Source of the DNA: Leptonemataceae bacterium
Lineage (GTDB): Bacteria > Spirochaetota > Leptospiria > Leptospirales > Leptonemataceae
Reading direction: 5' to 3'
DNA: 64,000 bases
Assembly: GCA_965227295.1 (NCBI GenBank)
Contig: OZ245742.1
Location: 5,248,001-5,312,000 of the forward strand
The stretch's first letter is position 1; each line of letters starts with the position of its first letter. Shown piece by piece: positions 20,332 to 30,907 of this stretch. The notes under the pieces are model-generated. The model ran no database searches and was not told the DNA's origin. It saw only the letters and a list, made by a program, of their open reading frames with translations. The translations under genes and the position numbers were made by a program.

Positions 20332-20472
20332 AGAAAGCCTTCGGCTTTCTCTATAGTATGAGCACTTTCACGCCTGGCGTGAAAGTGCTCCCCCGGTAGG
20401 ACTCGAACCCACAATTGTCGCTTCGGCGGCAATTGTGAACCGCCGCCATCGCGACCCATAGGGAGCGATGGC
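20332..20472. other. Cluster of strong hairpins downstream of tRNA-Asn
   Basis: AGAAAGC-CTTCG-GCTTTCT; GAGCACTTTCACGCC-T-GGCGTGAAAGTGCTC (20360-20390); CACAATTGTCGC-TTCG-GCGGCAATTGTG; GCCATCGC..GCGATGGC. Confidence 0.7.
20386..20409 (-). repeat. 24-bp direct repeat of the tRNA-Asn 3' end (att-like)
   Basis: TGCTCCCCCGGTAGGACTCGAACC is identical at 20386-20409 and 20525-20548. Confidence 0.9.
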
Positions 20473-20526
20473 CCTATGTGAGAGTCCTGCCGTCCCACAG
20501 GGAGGAATAGAATATGACGAACACTG

Positions 20527-20599
<73 letters not shown>

Positions 20600-20775
20600 G
20601 TGTCGGAAGTCCTCGTGCCTGGCCGGCCGGAGCGGGTCAGACGCGAAACCGCCGGAAGGCCGAAGCCGAACCGGCGGATGCGACAAGATTTTCCGGCCAG
20701 GCCGCCGTGTCAATCAAGACGGGGAATCGGGGCGTCCCCAACCAGGACTCTTCGCGTCAGCGATACGGAGGGTGG

Positions 20776-20888
20776 CGCGCAGCGCCAGTCCGGAGCGCGA
20801 AGCGCGGAGGACCGAAGCGATAGCGGAGCCCGGAGTAGCGCGGTCCCGGCCGCCGCATCCGCAACGCGGCGGCCGGGAGACGCCCAAA
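20776..20888 (+). repeat. REP-like structured intergenic element, copy 1
   Basis: Shares CGCGAAGCG..GACCGAAGC..GCGGAGCCC..GCGCGGTC..CGCCCAAA with the reverse complement of 36491-36640; internal hairpin CCCGGCCGCCGC..GCGGCGGCCGGG. Confidence 0.65.
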
Positions 20889-20990
20889 GAAGATCCAATG
20901 CATCGTAACGATCTTCACCATTTCCCCCGCCCCGTTTCTCCTTGAAACCCCGCCCTGTCTCTGGAATCTTAACCGCCGCAGCCCGCGAGT

Positions 20991-22310
20991 GTGACCGTGA
21001 TCCCGCTCATTCATCCACAGAACCAGCTCTACCGCGCCTTTCATTTCATCATCAACCTGCTGATCGTCTACAGTGCGATCGAGGTGCCGCTGCGCCTGGT
21101 GCTGCCCTACGAGGTTCCGATGTGGCTGCACATCCTGGACCTGGTCGTCATCGGTTTTTTCGCGACGGACATCGTCCTGCAATTCCATGTGCAGACGTAC
21201 CACCGCGGCAAGCTGTGCAACGATCGTAAGATCCTGGCGAGCAAGTATCTGCGCGGCTGGTTTCCCGTGGACCTGCTCGCGACGTTGCCGTTCGAACTCC
21301 TGGCCACCGGCGCCTTCTCCGAGGGGCACCGGGCCCTGCGCATGGTCCGCCTCATGCGGCTCTCACGTCTGCTCAAGCTGGCCCGGCTGCATCGCCTGTC
21401 CCGGGACTGGCATACCAACCGCGTGTTGAACCAGTCGCTCGTGCGGCTCATCTTCTTCGGTTTCTGGATCGTGCTGATCTCACACTGGCTCGCCTGCGGT
21501 TGGATTTTCCTGGAAGGCGTTCCGAAAGATGAGCCCTTCCCCGCCCAGTACCTGGACGCGATCTACTGGACGGTGACCACGCTCACCACAGTGGGCTACG
21601 GCGACATCACGCCGATCAGCGCGACGCAGAAAATCTATACCATGTTCGTCATGTTCTTCGGCGTCGCGGTCTACGGTTACGTCATTGGTAACATCTCAAC
21701 GTTACTCGCGTCCACCGACCTCGCGAAGACGAACTACGTGAACAAGATCGAAGAGCTGAACACGTTCTTCGAGGACAAGACGATCCCGTTCGAACTCCAG
21801 GAAAAAATCCGCGACTACTACAATCACATCTGGCAATCACGCCTGGGCCGGGACGAGGCCATCATTCTAAACGATCTGCCCGAGTCGTTGCGCACGGAAG
21901 TCACGCTCTACCTCAACCGCGAAATCATTCACAAGGTTCCCATGTTTCACGACGCCGGCGAAGAGTTCATTCGTGAACTCGCGGCGAAACTCGAACCCGC
22001 CGTCTTTCTCCCCGGCGACCTCATTATTCACAAGGGCGAGATCGGGGATCGCATGTACTTCGTATCCCGCGGCCACGCCGAACTCCTGGGCGAAGACGGC
22101 CAGGCCATCGCCACCTTCGCGGCCGGCTCTTACTTCGGTGAGATGGCCCTGGTGTTGGACCAGCCCCGGGCCGCGAGCATTCGTGCCATCGACTACTGCG
22201 ACGTGTACATCTTGCGAAAACAAAGCTTCGTCCGTTTGCTCGAGAAGTACAACAACTTCCACGAACACTTGCGCGATGTCATCGCCCGACGCAAGGCCGA
22301 GTTGGGATAA
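20991..22310 (+). CDS. Cyclic-nucleotide-gated potassium channel (6TM + C-linker + CNBD; SthK/LliK-like)
   Basis: Arg-rich S4 (RALRMVRLMRLSRLLKLARL), TTVGYGD filter, FGEMAL..PRAASIRA. Confidence 0.95.
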   Translation: MTVIPLIHPQNQLYRAFHFIINLLIVYSAIEVPLRLVLPYEVPMWLHILDLVVIGFFATDIVLQFHVQTYHRGKLCNDRKILASKYLRGWFPVDLLATLPFELLATGAFSEGHRALRMVRLMRLSRLLKLARLHRLSRDWHTNRVLNQSLVRLIFFGFWIVLISHWLACGWIFLEGVPKDEPFPAQYLDAIYWTVTTLTTVGYGDITPISATQKIYTMFVMFFGVAVYGYVIGNISTLLASTDLAKTNYVNKIEELNTFFEDKTIPFELQEKIRDYYNHIWQSRLGRDEAIILNDLPESLRTEVTLYLNREIIHKVPMFHDAGEEFIRELAAKLEPAVFLPGDLIIHKGEIGDRMYFVSRGHAELLGEDGQAIATFAAGSYFGEMALVLDQPRAASIRAIDYCDVYILRKQSFVRLLEKYNNFHEHLRDVIARRKAELG

Positions 22311-22343
22311 CCGCCTCCCGCTCTCCCGTACCTCGAGTATTCC

Positions 22344-23396
22344 ATGCGCACACCATCCGAAGACACATACGTACGCCGCGTGCTGATCACACTCAGCCTG
22401 GGTTCCCTGGCCGTGGCGGTCCTCGCTTTTGTCTTTTATACGCTGCATCTGTTACTGGTCCTCTTCGCGGGCATCATCGCCGCGCTACCGGTTCATTCCG
22501 CCACCGCCTGGTTACACCGACGCACGAGGCTGCCGTTCTCCCTGGCTCTCGCCATCGTGGCGCTCTCGGGTCTGGCCCTGGTGGTCCTGCTCTTCGGACC
22601 GGCACTGCCTTTGCTGGCCGACCAGGCGGTGGAACTGGTCAGCAGTCTGCCGCAGGTTCTCGAACGACTACGCGGGCTTTCGGATCAATACACCTGGGCG
22701 AAGCCGCTGACCGACGCTCTCGCCAATCCCCTGGCCACGCTCATGAACCAGGACCTGGGCGCCCTGGCCGGTCGGGCCGGCGGCGTGTTCTCGAATACCC
22801 TCGCCCTCCTGGGCTCCGGGGCGTTGGTCTTTTTGATCGCACTTTATCTCGCCGCGGACGCCCGGATGTACGTCAACGGCATGCTCACCCTGTTTCCGCC
22901 CGACCGGCGCGAGCGCATCCGTGAGGTCCTCGACGAGGTCGGCTACACCCTGCGCTGGTGGCTCCTGGGCCAATCCCTTTCCATGAGTCTGCTCGGAATC
23001 ACCACCACGCTCGTGCTCTGGCTCCTCGGTGTTCCCTTAGCTTTATTTCTCGGAATCTTAACAGCTTTGATGACGTTCATCCCGAACCTGGGGCCTTTGA
23101 TCGCGGGCATCCCCACGGTCCTGCTGGCGCTGACCCAGGGGCCGCTGACCGCCGTGGCGGTGATCGTGTTTTACATTATTCTACAGAATGTCGAGGGCCT
23201 GCTCATCACACCGAACATTCACCGACGCATCATCGCGTTACCGCCGGTCTTGATCATCGCCGCTCAGATCCTGCTCTCCGCCATCGTGGGCATTGTCGGC
23301 GTCATCCTGGCCATGCCCATCGTTGCGTGCGGGATGGTAATCATCCGCCGGCTGTACATCGAAGACGTGCTCGGAGATCGCGCTGATCAAATCTGA
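22344..23396 (+). CDS. AI-2E family transporter
   Basis: Polytopic membrane protein; FIPNLGP and Q.VEG.LITP motifs. Confidence 0.9.
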   Translation: MRTPSEDTYVRRVLITLSLGSLAVAVLAFVFYTLHLLLVLFAGIIAALPVHSATAWLHRRTRLPFSLALAIVALSGLALVVLLFGPALPLLADQAVELVSSLPQVLERLRGLSDQYTWAKPLTDALANPLATLMNQDLGALAGRAGGVFSNTLALLGSGALVFLIALYLAADARMYVNGMLTLFPPDRRERIREVLDEVGYTLRWWLLGQSLSMSLLGITTTLVLWLLGVPLALFLGILTALMTFIPNLGPLIAGIPTVLLALTQGPLTAVAVIVFYIILQNVEGLLITPNIHRRIIALPPVLIIAAQILLSAIVGIVGVILAMPIVACGMVIIRRLYIEDVLGDRADQI

Positions 23397-23476
23397 TCGT
23401 ATTCCCGCGCCTGGTTGAGGAAGCGCCGGCTCTTTTACGATAGACAGTGCAATTTGGCAGAGACACATTTAGCCGG

Positions 23477-26400
23477 ATGTTCCCGCGCCTGAGCCTGCTG
23501 CTGCTCCTGACTCTACCGGCCGTCCTGGCCTGTCGGGAATCCCCGTCGGCGAAGGACAATGCTTCGTCTCCGTGCAGGAACGGCACCCTGGAAGCCGCGC
23601 CCGGTCCGGTGCATCTGTCTGCGGGCGAATGCCTCTTTCTGTTCGCGGACCCTGAAGGACGCCTGGACTTCGAAACGATCCGGGAAAGCGCGACTTTCAC
23701 GCCCACCACGGATCCCAACCCGAACTTCGGCTACAGCACGGCCGTACACTGGGCACGTATAACCGTACACAACGCGGGCGAGGCGCGGGACCTGCTGCTG
23801 GAATTCGGTTACCCGGTCGTGGATCATATCGATCTGTTCGTCGAGGAAGATCCGGGGAACTACGAACTCCGGCGCGCCGGAGATGCACTGCCCTTCGATG
23901 CGCGGGAAATCGCACATCGCCATGTCGTCTTCCGTATTCCGTTCGATGCCGCCGAAAACAAGACTCTGTACTTGCGCGTGCAGTCGAGCACGTCGGTACA
24001 GATCCCCCTCGATCTCCGGGACCGGGAAACCTTCGCCGCCCAGGATCACAATGAACAGGCCTTGCTCGGCATGTACTACGGCATGCTGCTCATCATGTGC
24101 CTGTACAATTTCTGGCTGTACTTCGGCCTGCGGGACGTTTCATATCTGTACTATCTCGGCCACGTGCTCGGCGTGTGCTGGCTCATGCTCATGCAACACG
24201 GTCTCGCCTATGAGTACCTCTGGCCCGAATCCGTCTGGTGGAACAATCGCGCGCATGCGTATTCGGCGTACGGGGCCGGCATCTTTGCTCTCTTATTCTG
24301 CCGCAGCTTTTTGAATTTGCGGCAAGTGGCGCCCGTCCTGGATCGCATCGTCCTCGGCTGCGCCTTGCTATGCGCATTCACCGCGATCCTGGGAACGTGG
24401 CTTCCCATGCATTTGCACGCCCTGGGCACCGCGCCGGTGGGACTCGTCGGAATCACCGTGGCCCTGATCGCCGGCGGCACGGCCCTTTCACGCGGCTATC
24501 GCCCGGCCCGCTTTTATCTCCTGGCCTGGGCCATGCTCATGGTGGGCATGTTGATGCTCCTCCTGCGCAATGTCGGCGGCCTGCCGCGAACGCCGCTCAC
24601 CAATTCCGGCTTAATGCTCGGTTCCATACTGGACGTCGCCCTGCTCTCGCTTGCCCTGGCCGATCGTTTACAGCATATGAAAGCCGAGACCGATCGGCTC
24701 AACGCCGGATTGGGCAAACTCGTAGACGAACGTACACGCGAACTGCGCACGGCCTACGGCGAGCTCCAGGCCCAGGACGAAGCGCGCACGACATTCTTTA
24801 CGAACATCTCTCACGAAATCCGCACGCCGTTGACGCTCCTGCTCTCGCCCATCGAAACCATGTCGAGCGAGCACATCGATGCGGCGGAACGCGGGCGTTT
24901 GCTGGCCATCATGCGCAAGAACGGACGCAATCTCCTGAAACTGGTGAACGATTTACTCGATGTTTCGCGCCTGGACGCCGGCCGCTCTTCGTTTGAACCG
25001 CGCGAGTTGAATCTTACGGCGCTCAGCCGTGAGGTCGTTTCTAATTTCGAAGAAGCCGCGCAGCGCGCCGGCCTGCAACTGGAGTTTCAGAACACCGCCG
25101 GGGGCGACGTCATAGCAAAGCTCGACGCCGAAAAAATCGAGAAGGTTTTGTTTAACTTAATCGGCAACGCTCTGAAGTTTACACACCACGGCTCTGTCCT
25201 CGTGTCGGTTGCTTCGAACGATGAGGGTGTCGCGCTGAGCGTCGCGGACACGGGCATCGGGATTCCCCGCGATCAACACGCTTCGATTTTCGAACGCTTT
25301 CGTCAGGTGGACGGGAGCGACACGCGAAAATTCGAAGGTACAGGCATCGGCCTGTACATCGTCCGGCGCTTTACCGAATTGCACGGCGGCAGCGTGCGTC
25401 TGGTATCGGAGCCTGGAACCGGCTCCACATTTACTATCGTGCTTCCGCAACAACCGAACACCGCGGCCGGCGCGGCGAAACCCGTGGAACGCGAACGCAG
25501 CACTGTCGCGGACCTGCGCATGGATGACGGCGTCTTCGAGGATCACGCCGAAAGATCGGCGGACGCGGCGACGCACGTCGGCGACGAGACTGTGCTGATC
25601 GTCGAAGACAACGCGGATCTCTTAAGTTATCTCAGCAGCATGTTTCGATCGCAGTACCGGATCCTCACGGCCCGAGACGGAAACGAAGGGCTGCAACTTG
25701 CACGCACCCACCGCCCGGATCTGATCGTCTCCGACATTAAGATGCCGAACAGCGACGGCCTGGAACTGCTCACGCAAATCCGTGCCGACGCAAACCTTGC
25801 CGAAACACCGCTTATCTTACTCAGCGCGAAGGCGGCCGTCGAGGATCGCTTGCGGGGGCTCAGCCGGACGGCCGACGACTACGTCAGCAAACCTTTTCAC
25901 GTACGTGAGTTGCTCTTGCGCGTGCGCAACCTGCTCTACCGCAAACGACTCCGTGAACTCGCCGTGGCCCGGGAAAACGAACGCATCTATACCGATTTCC
26001 ACGACTATCTCGGGGCGCGCCTCACCGATATTTCCCTGCTCGCCGCCCGCCTGGAAAAACGTGAGGAAAGCCTGCCGGAAACCTGCGCCAGGCTGCGCGA
26101 AGAGCTGGCGGGTTTGATCCACTCTTTTCGCGATTGTCTTTCGGCTCGCGATGATCTGGACCTGCTATCGGAGAGCTTCGCCGACGGCCTGCACATCATC
26201 CTGTTGCGACGCTATGTGAATGCGAACCGCCAGTTGCAATTTAGCGCGGATGCGGCGGCACGCGAATTTCTGGACGAACTGACGGATGAAAGGACGCGCT
26301 CGACGCTGCACGCCGCCTGCACCGAACTCGCAACGAACGATCTGCGCTACGGCCGGGGCCTTTCGGTATGGCAGGCACAGATGCAATCCGGCGAACTCGT

Positions 26401-26569
26401 GCTTACGATGCGGGCGGAGAGCGAGTACGACTCCGCGCGTGATCCCGGCCACGGCGTGGCCAATCTGCGGTCACGCCTGGAAGGCGTGGACGGCGCGTTC
26501 GAGGATGCGCTGGAAGAAGGGAAGTACGTCGCGACACTGCGTTTAGGAATTCGCGCGGCGGTGGAGTAG
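23477..26569 (+). CDS. 7TM-DISM hybrid histidine kinase: HisKA-HATPase-REC plus a degenerate second kinase module
   Basis: NFGYS..W, AGDALPF, SHEIRTPL, NLIGNALKFT, DTGIGI, GTGIGL, VEDN..SDIKMP..KPF, then DFHDYLG..ELATNDLRYG. Confidence 0.9.
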   Translation: MFPRLSLLLLLTLPAVLACRESPSAKDNASSPCRNGTLEAAPGPVHLSAGECLFLFADPEGRLDFETIRESATFTPTTDPNPNFGYSTAVHWARITVHNAGEARDLLLEFGYPVVDHIDLFVEEDPGNYELRRAGDALPFDAREIAHRHVVFRIPFDAAENKTLYLRVQSSTSVQIPLDLRDRETFAAQDHNEQALLGMYYGMLLIMCLYNFWLYFGLRDVSYLYYLGHVLGVCWLMLMQHGLAYEYLWPESVWWNNRAHAYSAYGAGIFALLFCRSFLNLRQVAPVLDRIVLGCALLCAFTAILGTWLPMHLHALGTAPVGLVGITVALIAGGTALSRGYRPARFYLLAWAMLMVGMLMLLLRNVGGLPRTPLTNSGLMLGSILDVALLSLALADRLQHMKAETDRLNAGLGKLVDERTRELRTAYGELQAQDEARTTFFTNISHEIRTPLTLLLSPIETMSSEHIDAAERGRLLAIMRKNGRNLLKLVNDLLDVSRLDAGRSSFEPRELNLTALSREVVSNFEEAAQRAGLQLEFQNTAGGDVIAKLDAEKIEKVLFNLIGNALKFTHHGSVLVSVASNDEGVALSVADTGIGIPRDQHASIFERFRQVDGSDTRKFEGTGIGLYIVRRFTELHGGSVRLVSEPGTGSTFTIVLPQQPNTAAGAAKPVERERSTVADLRMDDGVFEDHAERSADAATHVGDETVLIVEDNADLLSYLSSMFRSQYRILTARDGNEGLQLARTHRPDLIVSDIKMPNSDGLELLTQIRADANLAETPLILLSAKAAVEDRLRGLSRTADDYVSKPFHVRELLLRVRNLLYRKRLRELAVARENERIYTDFHDYLGARLTDISLLAARLEKREESLPETCARLREELAGLIHSFRDCLSARDDLDLLSESFADGLHIILLRRYVNANRQLQFSADAAAREFLDELTDERTRSTLHAACTELATNDLRYGRGLSVWQAQMQSGELVLTMRAESEYDSARDPGHGVANLRSRLEGVDGAFEDALEEGKYVATLRLGIRAAVE

Positions 26570-26685
26570 CCGACCGGTTAAAGAAGCTGATCATTCGCAT
26601 GGTGAGTGCCGTTCCCGATTCGCTTGCGCATTTTTGCAGCGTCCATTTCTCTAGATCAAAACCATGAATCTAAAGGAGAACACGC

Positions 26686-27123
26686 ATGATTAAGTATCTT
26701 TCCCTTTCGGTTATCGCCGGCCTGGCCGCGATTGCGCTCATCGCGCTCGGCTCGCCGTCCACGGCGCAGACCAGGATCGAAAAACAACAGCCGCCGTCCA
26801 TCGGCGAAAACGCCATTTGCCCGCAGATCTGGATCGAAGTCAAATGCGCCGATTGCAATACAAGCAAGAAGTATCCGAATACGCGGATCATGACCCTCAG
26901 CTCATCCGGCGGCAAGGGCGGCTGCACCTACGCCGGCGATGTGAATTTTGGCGCGAAGCGGATCGACAATCGCACCAACGACTGCGTTTCGGCCAAGAAC
27001 ATCAATGCGAAAATCACGAAGCCCAATGGCCGCAGCGCACAGATTTCCGTCACCTACACCGGCGGTCCCTCGGCGGGAATTCCCAGTTCTTGCAGCTACA
27101 ACGTGAGCGCAAAGTTGAACTAA
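26686..27123 (+). CDS. Small secreted Cys-containing protein
   Basis: AAGGAG RBS; signal peptide; 6 Cys in the mature part. Confidence 0.8.
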   Translation: MIKYLSLSVIAGLAAIALIALGSPSTAQTRIEKQQPPSIGENAICPQIWIEVKCADCNTSKKYPNTRIMTLSSSGGKGGCTYAGDVNFGAKRIDNRTNDCVSAKNINAKITKPNGRSAQISVTYTGGPSAGIPSSCSYNVSAKLN

Positions 27124-27179
27124 GCACAGGATGATTTCTCGCCATTCTGCATTCCCCGCGTCGGCAATACAAACATAGT

Positions 27180-30100
27180 ATGCAGAATCAAAACTTTCCG
27201 GTAATGGTGACGATCGTTCTGGTCGCTCTTCTGATGTTTTCGCATGGGAGCGTGTACGGCGGCCCCGGCAGCGAAACAACGACCGACAAATATGTACCGA
27301 CCGTAAGCTACGTCCTCGATCCGGAAGGTCGCCATACCGTCTCGGATATGGCCGGGCTCGCCGACACGTTTCGTCCGTGGGATCGGCCGGTGTTCTACCA
27401 CGGCTATTCCCGCGATACGGTCTGGCTGCGCATCCATCCGTTGCCGGCGGCAAAGCCCGGCGAGCAAACGTATCTGCTGATGGTGGAAAATCCGCGCCTG
27501 GACGATGTGCGGCTGTTCATCGAAACGGCGAACGAAATTCGCGCAGAGCCGGCGGGCGACCGTCTGCCGTTTTCGGCGCGGTCCGTGGAGCACCAGAACT
27601 TTGTGTTTCAACTACCGGCCGACCTCGCCGCGGTTCGCGCGACGTACCTGCGCGTGCAGACCACGGGCCCGATCCTCGTGCCCCTCGTCGTGCTGACCGA
27701 AGGCGCGCTCAGCCGAATGGATTCGGTGCACAACCTCTTTCACGGGGCGTACTACGCCGCGATGATCGTCCTGTTTTCGTACAACCTGATCCTCTTCTTT
27801 TCGTTACGGGATATCAGTTTTCTGTACTACGTCCTGTTCCAGGTGGTCATCAGCCTGCTATTGGCCACGCTGACCGGATTCGCCGAACGTTTCCTGTGGC
27901 CGGACTCCGTATGGCTCAACCAGCATGCCACCATCATCCTGGTGGGATTGGCGGCCGTCCTCGGTTCTCGCGTCGCCGCCTCCTTCCTGAACCTTCAGGC
28001 CCGGGACCGCTGGATCCGGTACGCTCTGACGGCCCTGTTGCTGACCGGTCTGCTCGGCACCCTCCTGGCGCTCAGCCCGTATCTGGAATTCGCACACATA
28101 TTCTCACAGTACGCCACGATCTTCAGCCTGCTGATATTCATCGTTCCCCCGCTCGTGCTCAGCTTCCGGCCGGACAGCCGGGCCACGCGGTACTTTCTCT
28201 TCGCCTGGATGTTTTTCGTGGCCGGCGCTTTTTTGTTCATCGGCCGCAACCTGGGGCTCCTCCCGGACACACTGCTCACGCGACACGGGATGCACCTGGG
28301 ATCCGTGCTCGAAGGCATCATGCTCTCCGTCGCCCTGGGCAATCGCTACAACGCCATGCATTACGCGGCGCTGTTGAGTCGCCTGGAACTGAACCGCCTG
28401 CAGGAGATGGACGAACTGCGTTCGCGCTTTTACGCCGACGTATCGCACGAGTTTCGCACACCGCTCACGTTGATCCTTTCGCCGGTGGAACGCCTGCTGC
28501 GTGAGACACCGGCTGGAGAGCGGCAGCGCATGCTCACAACGATTCAGCGCAACGCCCTGGTTCTGTTGCGTTTGTTTCAGAATCTCCTGGATCTCAACCG
28601 CATGGATTCCGGCACCATGCAACCGGAATGGCGTCGTTTCGATCTCGCCGCTTTTATTCGCAACGCCGTCGAAGACTTTCGCATCGCCGCGCAAGAACGC
28701 GGGCTGAACCTGGAGTTCAGCAGCAGCCCTGAGCCCGTACACATCATCGCGGATCCTTACTTATTGGAACGCGTGCTGCACAATCTGCTCAGTAACGCAC
28801 TGCGGTTTACCACGCAGGGACACATTCGGCTGCGCGTCAGCAGCGGCACGGACCACGCCGACATCGAGATCGAGGACACCGGCCGCGGCATCGATCCGGA
28901 TAATCTGCCGCGCATCTTCGATCGCTTTTTCGGTACCTCGGGAATCGGACCCGGCAGCGGTCTCGGCCTGTCCCTCGCCCGGGACATCATTCAATTGCAC
29001 GGCGGATCGATCCAGGCCGAATCGCAAACGGGCGTCGGATCATGCTTCACGATCCGACTGCCCGCTCGCAGACAGGAACCGGCACCGGAGTTTCAGGATT
29101 TCACGGGTGACTTCGACGAACTCCGGCGCCGACGCGAATCCATGCTCGTTGCGGGTCCAGGCGACGCAGCGTACCATGCGGAACAATCTCATCCGCCGGA
29201 TTCTCGCTCCGACGAAAGCTTTCTCGAATACACCATCCTGCTTCTTGAGGACAATGCGGAGCTTCGTACATATTTGTGCGAGACGCTTGCCGAACACTTT
29301 CAGGTAACGGCCTCGGCCGACGGAAGCGAGGCCCTCGACCGCGCGCGCAGCGAACGACCGGACCTGATCGTGGCGGACATCATGACGCCCGGCCTGGATG
29401 GTTATGAACTTCTGGCGCGGTGCCGACAGGACCCGGCGCTCTCGTCGACGCCCTTCGTATTTTTGACCGCGCGCGGGGCGGTGGAAGATCGCGTCCGCGG
29501 ACTACAGTACGGGGCGGACGAATATCTCGTGAAACCGTTCCAGAACGATGAGTTGATCGCCCGGGTGAAAGCGGTGCTGCGCCGTCGACGAACGACGGAG
29601 AGTGAAGTCCGCGGTCGCGTGTACGCCGCGTTTCACGATCACCTGGGCGGACGACTGACGGACATGTACCTGCTCTTCCACCGGCCGGAGACGGAGGTCG
29701 AAGCGCAAGCAACCCTGGATAAACTTCGCGAGGAAGTCCGGGCCGTGCTTACCGAATTTCGCGACTTCCTCTCGGACGAGGACGACCGGGCGAATTTTGC
29801 CGGGGACTTCGCCGACGCCCTGCACGTGATTCTACTGCGGCGCTACGCCCGGGTCGGACGCGTGCTCAACTTTCATGGCGACGAATCCGTATCCGCCCGA
29901 CTGCGTGGTTCACGTTCGACGGCCCTGCGTGCGGGATTGCACGCCGTCGCCATTGAACTGGCCACGAACGATTTAAAGTACGGCACCGGTCCTTCCGAAT
30001 GGAAGCTGGGTTTCCTCCAGGCCGACCGGCTTGTGTTGCGCATGCAGTCGGCTTCGCAGTACGAAGCCGGGAACGAACGCGGACACGGTCGCCGCAATCT

Positions 30101-30200
30101 CCACCACACGGTGGCGGTTCTGCACGGGAATGTGGAAGAGTCGACGAAAGACGGCATCTACCGCTTCACGATGAGCGTGCCGATCCTTTCGCAAACATGA
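27180..30200 (+). CDS. 7TM-DISM hybrid histidine kinase, paralog of 23477-26569
   Basis: SHEFRTPL, NLLSNALRFT, DTGRGI, LEDN..ADIMTP..KPF, AFHDHLG..ELATNDLKYG. Confidence 0.9.
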   Translation: MQNQNFPVMVTIVLVALLMFSHGSVYGGPGSETTTDKYVPTVSYVLDPEGRHTVSDMAGLADTFRPWDRPVFYHGYSRDTVWLRIHPLPAAKPGEQTYLLMVENPRLDDVRLFIETANEIRAEPAGDRLPFSARSVEHQNFVFQLPADLAAVRATYLRVQTTGPILVPLVVLTEGALSRMDSVHNLFHGAYYAAMIVLFSYNLILFFSLRDISFLYYVLFQVVISLLLATLTGFAERFLWPDSVWLNQHATIILVGLAAVLGSRVAASFLNLQARDRWIRYALTALLLTGLLGTLLALSPYLEFAHIFSQYATIFSLLIFIVPPLVLSFRPDSRATRYFLFAWMFFVAGAFLFIGRNLGLLPDTLLTRHGMHLGSVLEGIMLSVALGNRYNAMHYAALLSRLELNRLQEMDELRSRFYADVSHEFRTPLTLILSPVERLLRETPAGERQRMLTTIQRNALVLLRLFQNLLDLNRMDSGTMQPEWRRFDLAAFIRNAVEDFRIAAQERGLNLEFSSSPEPVHIIADPYLLERVLHNLLSNALRFTTQGHIRLRVSSGTDHADIEIEDTGRGIDPDNLPRIFDRFFGTSGIGPGSGLGLSLARDIIQLHGGSIQAESQTGVGSCFTIRLPARRQEPAPEFQDFTGDFDELRRRRESMLVAGPGDAAYHAEQSHPPDSRSDESFLEYTILLLEDNAELRTYLCETLAEHFQVTASADGSEALDRARSERPDLIVADIMTPGLDGYELLARCRQDPALSSTPFVFLTARGAVEDRVRGLQYGADEYLVKPFQNDELIARVKAVLRRRRTTESEVRGRVYAAFHDHLGGRLTDMYLLFHRPETEVEAQATLDKLREEVRAVLTEFRDFLSDEDDRANFAGDFADALHVILLRRYARVGRVLNFHGDESVSARLRGSRSTALRAGLHAVAIELATNDLKYGTGPSEWKLGFLQADRLVLRMQSASQYEAGNERGHGRRNLHHTVAVLHGNVEESTKDGIYRFTMSVPILSQT

Positions 30201-30258
30201 ACTCAAGCCCACTTAAGAGACGCGGGCACTCGGTTGCGGCAACTCGAACACCGCCCGC

Positions 30259-30888
30259 TCAACCATCTTCGCGAAGCAATCGAAGATCATCCAGCATCCC
30301 CGTTACTTTCCGTCGCGTGTTCAGGTACATGAACCGCAGGTTCATATCGGCATCCACGAGGTAGATCGCGTCGGTATGTTCGATGTCTTCGTCCGCGCCG
30401 GCAAGCGCCGATCCGCGCTCCGCGTTCGCATCCGGAATATAAAACGACGCGTGAAAGGCCCGGGCCGCTTCGATGAGCTGCGCACGATTGCCGTAAGCGA
30501 AGATCATCCGATCACCGAAGCTCTGCTGATACCCCCGCAGGGTGTCCGAATCGTGTTCGGCGGGATTCAGATTTACGTACAGGATCGGAACGTCTTGCGC
30601 GGCCGGCGCCGCGATGAGTCCGCGGAGGGTGCGCAGGCTCAGCGGGCACACGGTGCGGCAACGCAGATAACCGAAGTACACGTAGAACGGTTCGCCGCGC
30701 AGTTCCGAAATTCGAAAGCTTTGATGGCGCGCATCGCGGAGCGCAACATCGGGCAACGGGCGATCCAACGCGAGCCCGTAATAGTCACCGGCCTGGAACA
30801 GGCTCGCCAGGCGCGGAGCCAGGGCCAGGGCCGCCAGAGCGCAGATGAGCAACAGCGCGTAAGATATGGAACGACTCAGGGCAACCAT
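30259..30888 (-). CDS. SCO-family copper-binding protein
   Basis: FGYLRCRTVCP (CxxxCP) and the conserved His in IEHTDAIYLVD. Confidence 0.9.
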   Translation of the reverse strand: MVALSRSISYALLLICALAALALAPRLASLFQAGDYYGLALDRPLPDVALRDARHQSFRISELRGEPFYVYFGYLRCRTVCPLSLRTLRGLIAAPAAQDVPILYVNLNPAEHDSDTLRGYQQSFGDRMIFAYGNRAQLIEAARAFHASFYIPDANAERGSALAGADEDIEHTDAIYLVDADMNLRFMYLNTRRKVTGMLDDLRLLREDG

Positions 30889-30907
30889 AACAATACGAAG
30901 CAGCGGT

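Noticed and set aside
20386..20470. Second tRNA gene
   Set aside because: Only the 24-bp 3' portion matches; no D-arm or anticodon arm can be formed.
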